Program-made: the position numbers and the translations under genes
In this document: piece after piece, positions 1 to 9,540 of the stretch
How the letters are laid out: each line of letters starts with the position of its first letter
Numbering within the stretch: the first letter of the stretch is position 1
The notes under the pieces: model-generated
What the model was told of the DNA's origin: nothing
The model's database searches: none
Seen by the model: the letters and a program-made list of their open reading frames with translations, nothing else
DNA from: an uncultured Phycisphaerales bacterium
GTDB taxonomy: Bacteria > Planctomycetota > Phycisphaerae > Sedimentisphaerales > Anaerobacaceae
Direction: 5' to 3'
Length of the DNA stretch: 64,000 bases
Assembly: GCA_963772725.1 (NCBI GenBank)
Contig: CAVYYI010000003.1
Coordinates: 320,001-384,000, forward strand

Positions 1-426
1 TTGCTGAAGCTGATAGCGTTTTCATCGCTGCAAAATGACAAGGTGAATCTCGAAATGGCAAGAGAAGTTCTGGCAGAGCATCTGTCGCGGATGGACCCGA
101 TGGTGCATATATCAGATATTGAGTCGGTTGTGTCGAAACACTTCGGGATAACGCCTGGCGATTTGCATTCGCCGCGAAAGGACAGGACTATAACTCTGGC
201 CAGGCACTTCAGTATGTACCTGGCGAGGAAGCACACGAAAATGTCATCACCAGAAATCGGGCGATGTATGGGGGATAAGAACCACGCTACGGTTCTATTG
301 GCGTGTAAAAAAATTGAGGAGCAGCTTGGGATAAACGCCGAACTGCACTGGCACAATCATCTCGGCAATAAAATTTCCAAGGCGATGGCGGTGCTGGCCT
401 GCCTCGAAAAAGATATTACCGGCTGA
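1..426 (+). CDS. dnaA: Chromosomal replication initiator DnaA, C-terminal part (5' truncated by window)
   Basis: Domain IV signature: DLHSPRKDRTITLARHFSMYLARKHTKMSSPEIGRCMGDKNHATVLLACKKI (cf. AR..AMYL.R......SL..IG..FG.RDHTTV). Confidence 0.9.
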   Translation: MLKLIAFSSLQNDKVNLEMAREVLAEHLSRMDPMVHISDIESVVSKHFGITPGDLHSPRKDRTITLARHFSMYLARKHTKMSSPEIGRCMGDKNHATVLLACKKIEEQLGINAELHWHNHLGNKISKAMAVLACLEKDITG

Positions 427-542
427 GAAGCTGATAAAAATAGACAACCGGCTCCATGCACAAACAACGATAAGTTTAATAAATATAAGCACTTACGGAC
501 TTTCTATATACAGATATACCGGGAGATGACATACGTCAATAG

Positions 543-638
543 CCTGACAAAAAAGTAAAAAATAGCTATTATGAAACTTTTTTGTTGACTAATATATGCT
601 GCTTTGGTAAATTAAATTTATTATCCTTTTTTGTCAGG
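543..638. repeat. 13-bp perfect inverted repeat flanking the promoter
   Basis: CCTGACAAAAAAG (543-555) and CTTTTTTGTCAGG (626-638). Confidence 0.85.
585..613 (+). promoter_or_regulatory. sigma70-type promoter for the PEP-CTERM gene
   Basis: TTGACT (585-590), 17-bp spacer, TAAATT (608-613) with a TG extension; GAGGAG RBS before ATG 727. Confidence 0.6.
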
Positions 639-726
639 ATAGTAAAAGTGAAGAAGAAGAGGGAAACAACCACAAGAGTGAGGGTCGTTTCTCTAATACA
701 TTAACTTTTTTTAGAGGAGAAGAACC

Positions 727-1485
727 ATGGAAAAGAGAGTATTATTAACCGCATTTGTTTTAATGTTTATTGCCGCAACCGCAAATGCCAGCCTTATTTC
801 TCAATATACATTTGAGGGTAACGCAAACGACAGCGCGGGCAGCAACGATGGTACGCTGATGAACGGCGCAAATATCGCTCCGGATGCCGGCGGCGGGCTT
901 AAAGGGGCAAGCCAGGTTTTGAGTCTTGACGGCATCAATGACTATGTTGACCTTGGAAACAGCACTACCTTAAAACCGCAATTGCCAGTAACCCTTTCCA
1001 CATGGATTAAACTGTCTACTTTAGGAAATTATTACGATATTGTGGCACTCGATAACCTTTCAACTAATTATTATGGTGTTTGTATGCAAGTTACTAACAA
1101 TAATACAATAGTGGTAAATTACTGCGATGGTGGTGTACAAGATTTAACCAGTAGAAGAAGTAAACTTGGAACAACAACCCTGCAGGCAAATCAATGGTAT
1201 CATATTGCGGCAGTTATAAGCGGAGCACGAGACATAGCTATATACATCAACGGAGTATATGATGGAGGTACTTATAGCGGCACAGGCGGCGAATTGGCCT
1301 ATTCAAATGGAGATGCGTTTATAGGGAGCTTTGGTGAGTCGACAAGATATTTCAAAGGTCTTATTGACGATGTGCGTATATATGATAATGCGCTTTCACA
1401 GAGTGAAATTCAGGCTATGGTACCGGAACCGGCGACACTTTTACTTCTTGGTTTGGGCGGGATACTGCTGAGAAGGAAAAAATAG
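727..1485 (+). CDS. LamG/concanavalin A-like domain protein with PEP-CTERM sorting signal
   Basis: Signal peptide; LamG motifs (LSLDGINDYV, WYHIAAV, IYINGV, FKGLIDDVRIYDNALS); C-terminal VPEPATLLLLGLGGILLRRKK. Confidence 0.92.
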   Translation: MEKRVLLTAFVLMFIAATANASLISQYTFEGNANDSAGSNDGTLMNGANIAPDAGGGLKGASQVLSLDGINDYVDLGNSTTLKPQLPVTLSTWIKLSTLGNYYDIVALDNLSTNYYGVCMQVTNNNTIVVNYCDGGVQDLTSRRSKLGTTTLQANQWYHIAAVISGARDIAIYINGVYDGGTYSGTGGELAYSNGDAFIGSFGESTRYFKGLIDDVRIYDNALSQSEIQAMVPEPATLLLLGLGGILLRRKK

Positions 1486-1494
1486 GATTGTATT

Positions 1495-3429
1495 TTATGG
1501 CTTTGCCCGGTTTTTGTTCAAATCGGGCAAAGCATTTTGCTGCGGTAAACTTACCAATTTATAATACCTGTTCGCGAACAGCACCGGCAAATCAACTGGA
1601 GTTACGCTGTATAGAACGGCGTAAGTAGCATTATACTTTTTCGCGAGGTAGAGCAGTTTTTCTTTTGTTATGGCCATATAGTTTCTGTCCATCTTCTCAA
1701 CCTTGGCTTCATACGAACCATCCATTGCGACATCGCCGTAACAATCGGTGATTCTACGCTTCCATTCGAGCATGGCATCATCCTGAAAAGAAGCTACTTT
1801 GAAATCCACAACAATCGCTCTTTGTGCTGTAAGTCGAAATCTTCCGAATTCAGGCGGTGTCAAAAAAACTGCGTCTTTAGGGGTTCTGTTAAAGGCATAT
1901 AAGGCAATTTCATCCGGTGCATAAACAGGATTGATACAAAAATTTACGCGGCTTATTTTTCGCCATATTTCAGGCACCTTGTCCCTATATATCGCGTTGG
2001 CGATAATACCTGAAAGGACGCACAAAACCGCCAAAGGCACAGCGATTCTGTACCATTTTGCCGGCAGGAAGAGAAACCATGCCGCGATTATGAGAAATAC
2101 CAAAATCGCGAGAAAATCATGTGTATTCCAGTACTTGACCGATAACAGAACCGCAACTATGATTAAAACCGCCGCCCAAATCGCCTTTGTATTTTTTGGG
2201 AAAACCGACTGCAGTTTTCTGCGGATAAATTCGGCAAAAGTAACAATAAAGGCAAACAGCGGCATGGCAAGGCCGCTTCCAAGAAGGATAACGCCACCAT
2301 AAATTTTTTCAGATACGGACTTTTGCTGAAAAAATCTCGCGGCAACTCCGGCTATCATTATATATGCTAACCAGTTGACCATAAAATTCAGGCGGAATGT
2401 CTGCGCTATCATCCATATACGCATAGGATAAACTTCAACAAAAATATAACTGCAGCACCAGAGAACCAAAACTATAAATATGACGATAAGCGGATTATAC
2501 GATATATTTCTGTTTTCAGGATATTCATCGCGCCACCATTTCCACGATAAAATAAAGGCAAGTATCAAAAATGTCGCGGATACATATTGAGAAACAGGCC
2601 AGGCGCTTGGGATATAGTGATGGGGCGCACGAAAATACCCGAGAATATCTATAAATTCCTTTGTTGTAAGAGACTTGCTGCTTTTATCTGTCCAAAGGAA
2701 TAACGCGGTAAAACCCAAAATACAAAAGCCGATAAATACCTTGACGATTTTTTTAATAAAGGTGTGCTTGTCAAAACTATGAGTAATCAGCGGCTCGAGA
2801 AGAATCGATAATCCGGAGGTGGCAAGGCCTATTGCGCCGCATTCAGCGCCAACAAGGGGGTGAATAGGAATCGCAACAGCCGCTACTGCAGCACAGAGAA
2901 GCGGTTTTACCCGGATGCCTGCCCATATCGCGAATAATCCTAAAAAGAAAACAAGGGAACCCGGAATTAACATATTCCACGGAATATTTCCCAGGCTGCC
3001 GCCCAATTTAATCCCGATTGAACCCATTACAAAAATGCAGCTAAGGAGAGCGGCAAGGTCAGAACTGCGGAATAAATCCTTGGCGGCATAATAAGTTACA
3101 AGAACAATTGCGAAATTTGCCAACCATGTAAGAATAAAAAATGCCACGGGCAACGGCATTATTGATGCCCAAATTCCAATAAAGCGAACATAATAGGCAC
3201 GGGGCCCAAAAGTTGTGTTAGAATTTATAAAAAAATCATTTTGGCAATATGAGGGGTCAAGATAATGATATAATATCGGAAGCTGCTCAAAGTGGTCGCT
3301 TACTCCGTAATAATATCCCCTGAAAAACAGGAAAAAAGTGGAGAGCAGGGCGGAAAAAATGAGAACTTCCACCAAACTAATGGAGTGAGATTGTTGAGGT
3401 AATGACAATTTTTTATGCGGCACAGACAT
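1495..3429 (-). CDS. Polytopic membrane protein, probable GT-C-type glycosyltransferase (DUF6798-like)
   Basis: Many TM segments, early luminal DH.EQLP motif, FRAPHHY, C-terminal soluble domain (FRLTAQRAIVVDFK); likely start MSVPHKK at 3429. Confidence 0.6.
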   Translation of the reverse strand: MSVPHKKLSLPQQSHSISLVEVLIFSALLSTFFLFFRGYYYGVSDHFEQLPILYHYLDPSYCQNDFFINSNTTFGPRAYYVRFIGIWASIMPLPVAFFILTWLANFAIVLVTYYAAKDLFRSSDLAALLSCIFVMGSIGIKLGGSLGNIPWNMLIPGSLVFFLGLFAIWAGIRVKPLLCAAVAAVAIPIHPLVGAECGAIGLATSGLSILLEPLITHSFDKHTFIKKIVKVFIGFCILGFTALFLWTDKSSKSLTTKEFIDILGYFRAPHHYIPSAWPVSQYVSATFLILAFILSWKWWRDEYPENRNISYNPLIVIFIVLVLWCCSYIFVEVYPMRIWMIAQTFRLNFMVNWLAYIMIAGVAARFFQQKSVSEKIYGGVILLGSGLAMPLFAFIVTFAEFIRRKLQSVFPKNTKAIWAAVLIIVAVLLSVKYWNTHDFLAILVFLIIAAWFLFLPAKWYRIAVPLAVLCVLSGIIANAIYRDKVPEIWRKISRVNFCINPVYAPDEIALYAFNRTPKDAVFLTPPEFGRFRLTAQRAIVVDFKVASFQDDAMLEWKRRITDCYGDVAMDGSYEAKVEKMDRNYMAITKEKLLYLAKKYNATYAVLYSVTPVDLPVLFANRYYKLVSLPQQNALPDLNKNRAKP

Positions 3430-3436
3430 TAGTAAA

Positions 3437-4342
3437 TTATTTCTTTTTATAACCGATTGCCGCGATGTTTCCGGCCGGCATCGGCATAAGCAGATAGCCA
3501 AGTTTAAGCTTTTTCAGGATGTTAATAGAGGGAAGCTTCATTTTTTTAGGCAATGGAAATACTTTAATCCAGTAATACAGAGGGTAGCGATTAACAAAAC
3601 TTTTTATATTTATGTCCGTAAAACCGGATTGCTCAAGTAACACTTTTAAGCTTTGGGGAGAAAACAACTGCAAATGCTCGATATCTATAATAGGAGATTT
3701 TAATCCCAGTATTCTGTTGGCCAAAGAACGATAATTATGACTGATAAAAAATACAGCACCCCCGTTTTTCAGTTTATCAAATACGGTCTGACACAATTTT
3801 AACGGGTCGTATAAATGCTCCAAGGTTTGAAAACAGGTAATTAAGCTGAATCGCGAGTTATTGAAATCGTCCGGATTAAAAACGCCTTGTTTTATCAACT
3901 GTCGTACTCCATCTTTGGCGGATTTAATTGATTCAACAGAAGGTTCTACACCTATAACATTAGTAAAGCCGGCGGAAATAAGGTTTTCCAAAAATATTCC
4001 GTCCCCTGTACCAATATCAACGGCCCCATCGAGGTCGGGAAGTTTTTTTATAATTCCCGGCAGAAACCGTTTATAGGTTTGACTGGCAAAATATGACTCT
4101 TCGCGACTCACAAATTCGGCTTCATTATATCTTTTAACTAATGTATCAGAAGAAGGAATTGGATTTGCATAAATCAGGTCGCATCTTTGGCATAAATATA
4201 AATTGTGACGCAAATATTCCGGAAGCTTTCTGGAAGCAAAAGAATATTCAGCAAAACTTTCTTTATTGTAATTGGCTTCAGCGAAAATCTTAGATGTTTC
4301 GACTGAATTACATAATGGACATGTTCTTTTAATGACTTCCAT
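3437..4342 (-). CDS. Class I SAM-dependent methyltransferase with N-terminal Zn-ribbon
   Basis: CPLC...CQRC, DIGTGDG, FQTLEH motifs. Confidence 0.85.
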   Translation of the reverse strand: MEVIKRTCPLCNSVETSKIFAEANYNKESFAEYSFASRKLPEYLRHNLYLCQRCDLIYANPIPSSDTLVKRYNEAEFVSREESYFASQTYKRFLPGIIKKLPDLDGAVDIGTGDGIFLENLISAGFTNVIGVEPSVESIKSAKDGVRQLIKQGVFNPDDFNNSRFSLITCFQTLEHLYDPLKLCQTVFDKLKNGGAVFFISHNYRSLANRILGLKSPIIDIEHLQLFSPQSLKVLLEQSGFTDINIKSFVNRYPLYYWIKVFPLPKKMKLPSINILKKLKLGYLLMPMPAGNIAAIGYKKK

Positions 4343-4359
4343 TAAAACCCCTCATAATG

Positions 4360-6323
4360 CTAATTATTGTCGATTGAAATATCGGATGATTGTCTGATTT
4401 CACCGTTCTTGATGATGGCTTTACGGATAAAAAGCGGACGCTGTTTTACTTCTTCAAATATTTTCGCTATGTATTCGCCCAGCAGCGCCAGCGCGAACAA
4501 ATTTATAGACCCGAAGAACAGGATGACAAGCAGGACGGTAGTTAATCCTTTGGGAGCCATTTCGGGATATAATATTTTGAAAATAATCTGATAAGCGGCT
4601 AAAAACACCGCAACTATCATAAAGGAACTGCCGAGAAAACTGAGAATATTCAGCGGAGTATTGCTGAAAGATAAAATGCCCTTTTTGGCCCAGCCTAAAT
4701 TTTTGAAAAAGTTGTTTGTGCTTTCTCCAAACATCCGTTTGGGCCTGACATAATCGACACCTGTTTGTTTAAACCCGACATAAGCGCGCAGGCCGCGGAG
4801 AAATAAATCCCGTTCGGGGCACTTTAAGAGGTACGAAACCACTTTTCTATCCATAAGCGAACAATCGCCGGCATCGTGTGGGATAGAAAGATATGAGAAA
4901 TAATCGAACAGCCGGTAGAAGAGTTTATAGGTAATGTTCATTACGAGAGAGGCCTCACGGTTTACACGCCTGCCATAAACAACATCGTAGCCCTGGCGCC
5001 ATTTAGGAAGAAATTCTTCGATTAATTCCGGTGGGTCCTGGAGGTCACCATCGAAAAGAACGCAGGCATTTTTTGTCGCGATTTCCATGCCGCTTTTGAA
5101 TGCGGCCTGCGACCCGAAATTTCTTGAATGCGATATGCCGATAACCCGCCTATCCTGCCGGCTTATATCCTGAATCACTGATTCGGAATTATCCGGACTG
5201 TTATCATTTACAAAAATAATTTCATAATCAATTGCGCATTTTTTAAAGACGTTCTTTAAACGTTCGTACATTATTGGAATAGCCTGAGCATCTTTGTAAC
5301 AGGCTATTACTGCGCTAATGCTGTATTTCTTGTCTAACTCAAACTTTTTAGACGATTTGTGGTAGGCCTCTTTGTCCTCCAGGCTGCGATACCATTCGCG
5401 GTCAGGTTTAGTCCTTCTCGAAAACCTGTATATGAACTCCATCCCAGTATTTCTTTCGCTTTTTTCACATTCGCAAACCAGTCCGGCACATCCCAAACGC
5501 GATTCTCCATAGAAAATTTCGGCTTGTCGGTTATATTAAATAACTCCCCTGCGATATCAGCCGCCTGGGCTATCGTAGTCTTTTCACCGGTTCCGATATT
5601 AAAGGATTCACCATAGTTTTCAGGAGTCAGATTGATGGCGGTATCGATAAAAGCCTTGCAAACATCCTCGATATATACAAAGTCCCTTGAAATAAGCTTA
5701 TCAACAAATTCAGGGAAAGTTCCATTAACGCCGTACCTGACGAGAGTCGGGATAAGTCTTGAGGAATCTTCCATAGGTCCGTAAACGGAATAAAGACGCA
5801 AATTTGCGCATGGGAATTTCTTTTTGCTGCCGTAATATTTTATCAAATTTGCGCAGGCAATTTTTGAAACAGAATAATCGCTGTTCGGTTTTTGCGGGTC
5901 GGATTCCTGCGGTGCCGTTGCGTTATCGCCATATTCGGACGAACTTCCCGCGTGCACATAACAGGCAATGCCGCGAGATTCCAAACATCGCAGCAACTTC
6001 GAGCAAAAGATAAAATTTGTTTCATAAATAAGCTGGGCGTCGGTTTCAAAGGAGTATGCCCCATAAGCGACACAGTCAAATACGACTTTAGGCTTAACTT
6101 TATCGATAAGATAGTGCAAATTGGAATCAACTAAAAGGTCAATTGCGATAACATTTTTTGCGGGTACATCTTTCAACCGCCACGCGGAAGCATCTCTGGC
6201 AGTTCCGAAAACATCATCTCGGTGTTTACAAATAATTTTCAGGAGATTTGCCCCAACAAAGCCGCTGGCTCCGAGAACAAGTATCGGCCCCTGAAGTTTA
6301 TTTATTTCCTGTTCAAAAGTCAT
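4360..6323 (-). CDS. Fused NAD-dependent epimerase/dehydratase + GT2 (GtrB/polyprenol-phosphate glycosyltransferase-like); frameshift near 5398
   Basis: GASGFVG and YSVSK SDR motifs. After a frame change (LTA/EWYRSL) it continues into a GT2 with VNDNSPD, SRNFGSQ, DGDLQDPPE and two C-terminal TMs. Confidence 0.8.
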
Positions 6324-6326
6324 ATC

Positions 6327-7223
6327 TCATCCTTTAAGCTTGGCGATAATACTGGCAGTATCCAGTCCGCATTCTTTTCGGTGGAAATTCTGAGAACCGT
6401 ATAGGCCGGAAACATATCCTAATGCACATCGGTGCGTTACTTTGGGAGGAACAAGTCCCTCTAAAGATAAAAGATGTATAAGCATCTGCCCGGCACCGCC
6501 ATTTGCAACATGTTCCTCAACGATAAACAAATGCCCTGATCGCTTCAAATCGTTAACAAACTCTCTGGGAATAGTATTCGCCTCTATAGGCAATTCTGTT
6601 AAGCACCAGACTTGTGGACGAATTTTCTCATCGAGAGTTCTTAAATCCTTAATCATTCCTCCAATTAAAGGACCGACAACAAGCATTGTTGGGCCGGAAC
6701 CGTCAAGCAATCGTCGCCAGGGAGCATATTCAAAAGTTTCCGCGATTTCGCTTCTCCCTATACGTATATAAGCCGGATGCTGAAATTTATCGAGCTTCTC
6801 CACCATCGCTGGAATATCCGAGTCAAACGCCGGAACAAAAACATACATATTCTTGAGCGTAAGCATAATACCATAATCTTCCAACGCATGGTGAGTAGCG
6901 CCCATAACTCCATAAGCGTATCCTCCTCCATTTCCAACAAGTCTTACGGGAAGATCATGTATGCAAATATCATTTCTAATTTGCTCAAAAGGCCTGGCAT
7001 AAATAAATGGTGCAATACTATAAGCCCATGGTTTCATTCCTGCCATAGCCAAACCGGCTGCAACCGATACCATATTCTGCTCTGCAACTCCTGCGTTAAT
7101 AAATCTTGGGCCCAAACTTTGTTGTAACGGTTCCAACGCCATAAAGCCGAGGTCGCCAGTTAAAAACACAAAATCTTTGTCCTTGGTATATTTTAAAAGT
7201 GCATTGCAGAGAACTTTTCTCAT
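6327..7223 (-). CDS. Transketolase-like, C-terminal (pyrimidine-binding) subunit
   Basis: NAGVAEQNMV, RPFEQIRND, GATHHALED, VEEH motifs. Confidence 0.9.
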   Translation of the reverse strand: MRKVLCNALLKYTKDKDFVFLTGDLGFMALEPLQQSLGPRFINAGVAEQNMVSVAAGLAMAGMKPWAYSIAPFIYARPFEQIRNDICIHDLPVRLVGNGGGYAYGVMGATHHALEDYGIMLTLKNMYVFVPAFDSDIPAMVEKLDKFQHPAYIRIGRSEIAETFEYAPWRRLLDGSGPTMLVVGPLIGGMIKDLRTLDEKIRPQVWCLTELPIEANTIPREFVNDLKRSGHLFIVEEHVANGGAGQMLIHLLSLEGLVPPKVTHRCALGYVSGLYGSQNFHRKECGLDTASIIAKLKG

Positions 7224-7993
7224 GATAAATCTATCTCTTTCAAAGCCTGTTGGTATTGTTCCTTAGTCATAGGTAAATAATGCCATTCCATTTTATTTTC
7301 CATAAAAGAAACTCCCCGGCCTTTTATGGTGCGTGCGATAACAGCACGCGGCCCTTTTTCATTTCGAGAAAAAACTTCAGCTATTTCTTTCAAGTCATGA
7401 CCATTTATCACTTCGGTCTTAATACCGAAAGATGAGAATTTTTCAGCCAGAGGCGCGATATCCGCAACTTCTTTAGTTGTTCCAAATCCCTGTAATTCAT
7501 TACAATCAATAATAAAAGTCAATTGTTCAAGCTTATTATGCTTGGCAAAAATCAGTGCTTCCCAGTTTGAACCTTCATTCCATTCCCCGTCGGACATTAA
7601 ACAAAAAACCTGTCCATTCTCAGCCTTAAGCTTTTTACCTAAGGCAAGGCCGGCAGACAACGGTAATCCATGTCCCAGGCTGCCGGTTGCAAAAACAATC
7701 TGGGGAATCCAGTTAGGCGGAATGTGTCCCGCGAGTTTCGTGCCTTCGCCGTGAAATTGTCGAAGGTCATCATCTGTTAAATGCCCCTTAGACCAAAGAG
7801 TAACATAAAGTGCCCCTGCAGCGTGTCCCTTGGATAGTATAAATACATCCTCTTTATTCAGCACTTTATGATACAGGGACATCAGCAAATCAAGCGATGA
7901 AAGGTTGCCTCCAATGTGACCGACGCCACTGTCAAAATGCATTTTAATAAGCCGTTTCTTGGCCGTACGGATACATTTTGCAAATTCTTCCAT
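7220..7993 (-). CDS. Transketolase-like, N-terminal (TPP-binding) subunit
   Basis: GHIGGNLS, LSKGH, TGSLGHGL, SDGEWNEGSNWEA, TIKGRGVSFME. Confidence 0.9.
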   Translation of the reverse strand: MEEFAKCIRTAKKRLIKMHFDSGVGHIGGNLSSLDLLMSLYHKVLNKEDVFILSKGHAAGALYVTLWSKGHLTDDDLRQFHGEGTKLAGHIPPNWIPQIVFATGSLGHGLPLSAGLALGKKLKAENGQVFCLMSDGEWNEGSNWEALIFAKHNKLEQLTFIIDCNELQGFGTTKEVADIAPLAEKFSSFGIKTEVINGHDLKEIAEVFSRNEKGPRAVIARTIKGRGVSFMENKMEWHYLPMTKEQYQQALKEIDLS

Positions 7994-8106
7994 AAAAATA
8001 CAACACCTTTCAATTCGACAATAGTATCAAAATCTTCTCTACATAGCAAGAGCTTGGCAAGCGGTTTACGCTATTTAGAAACAGTTATAATATCAATAAT
8101 TGTTCC

Positions 8107-8853
8107 TTAAAGGGATTCTGGTTTATGATGTTCAGTGAAATTGATAATAGGACGACATCGCAGAGTTTGAATAAACGATTGAGAAACAAATTTCCATGTT
8201 TTCAGGCCGCCTCCCATAAATGTTACTCCTGTTTTGCGGACTTCGTGAGGAACGGGAACATTGTAAAGACGCACGTGCGCTTTTGCTAAGGCGCCAGAAA
8301 TTATTATGTTTGGAGCCAAAGTATCGTCCGGAATTTGTGCAATAATCTGTTTTAATAAAGAAGACCGCATCAATCGGTACGGGGTTGCCACATCCACGAC
8401 GCCTTTGCCGAAAAGCAATCTTACGGTAATTTGTGAGCATGCGCTTATAAATGCCCTGGGAATATTTTGTAGCCGTCCTGCGCGAATCCCGAAAAGGGCA
8501 TCGTACTGGCTGTGCTTGTCCCAGAGCAGCGGAAAATGTTTGGCCTTCATTTCATCATCGCTGTCGCACTGAAAAACCCAGTCTGCCAGCTTGACAGCCT
8601 TGTGGTAGCCCATAAGTATAGTCGGGCCATGACCACTGTTTTGCTTTTTAATTATTTCAATACGCTTATCGCCCGAAAACGCTGCCAGTTTCCCTGCCGT
8701 ACCATCAATCGAGCCGTCATTTAACACTATCATATGAAAATTAATTTTCAGGTCACTAAGTACTTTCAGCCATGATTTTACAACCTGAGAAATACAACCT
8801 TCTTCGTTATAGACGGGCATAACCAGTGCCAGTTCCAGTTTTTCATCAGCCAT
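8107..8853 (-). CDS. Glycosyltransferase family 2 (DPM synthase-like)
   Basis: MPVYNEE, NDGS.DGT, NSGHG, DSD motifs. Confidence 0.88.
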   Translation of the reverse strand: MADEKLELALVMPVYNEEGCISQVVKSWLKVLSDLKINFHMIVLNDGSIDGTAGKLAAFSGDKRIEIIKKQNSGHGPTILMGYHKAVKLADWVFQCDSDDEMKAKHFPLLWDKHSQYDALFGIRAGRLQNIPRAFISACSQITVRLLFGKGVVDVATPYRLMRSSLLKQIIAQIPDDTLAPNIIISGALAKAHVRLYNVPVPHEVRKTGVTFMGGGLKTWKFVSQSFIQTLRCRPIINFTEHHKPESL

Positions 8854-8879
8854 AAATACAATTCTTTAGACCGGGCGGA

Positions 8880-9495
8880 CTATTTTTGTTTTTGGCCGCG
8901 GGTTTGTTCTGCCTGCGAATATTTTTTCTCGTAAATATTTTTGCGTCTGAAAACCTGCGCAATTGTAGTGAGCAGAATTTTCAAATCAAGCAAAAAACCG
9001 GCTGTTTCCACGTATTTAACATCAAGTTCCAGTTTTTCTTCACGCGTCAGCTCGCCCCGTCCGCTTATTTGCCAGACCCGTCAGTCCGGGCTTGACCAGC
9101 AGCCGTTTCCTCTGCCGTTCATTCCATTCCGCCATCTGTTCAACGTACAAAGGCCTGGGGCCGACAACGCTCATATCGCCTTTTAATATATTAAACAATT
9201 GCGGCAGTTCATCAAGCGAATATTCCCGCAGAAATTTGCCGATTGCGGTAAGCCTCGCATCATCACCTGATTTCGGACTCGGGCCAAACGGATCGGTATC
9301 GACTTTCATCGTGCGGAATTTGTAAAACGTAAAAGGTTTGCCGTTTTTTCCCGCCCGAATCTGCCGGAACACCGCCGGCCCTTTACCGGATAATCTTATC
9401 GCGGCCCAAATAACGACAAATGCCGGCAAAAGAACACTCAACGCCGGCAGTGAAAAAACTATATCTAAACCTCGCTTAAGACAATTCCCAGACAC
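8880..9495 (-). CDS. Initiating sugar transferase (polyprenyl glycosylphosphotransferase); frameshift near 9071
   Basis: KRGLDI, YKFRTM, SLDELPQLFNILKGDMSVVGPRP, KPGLTGLA; another frame continues QISGRGELTREEKLELDVKYV to TAG at 8880-8882. Confidence 0.88.
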
Positions 9496-9540
9496 GTCGT
9501 ATTTGACCCTAATTAGTTAATAAATAGTTCAAAATATAGG

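Noticed and set aside
427..726. oriC downstream of dnaA
   Set aside because: AT-rich, but no TTATCCACA-like box cluster was found; the features fit a promoter region better.
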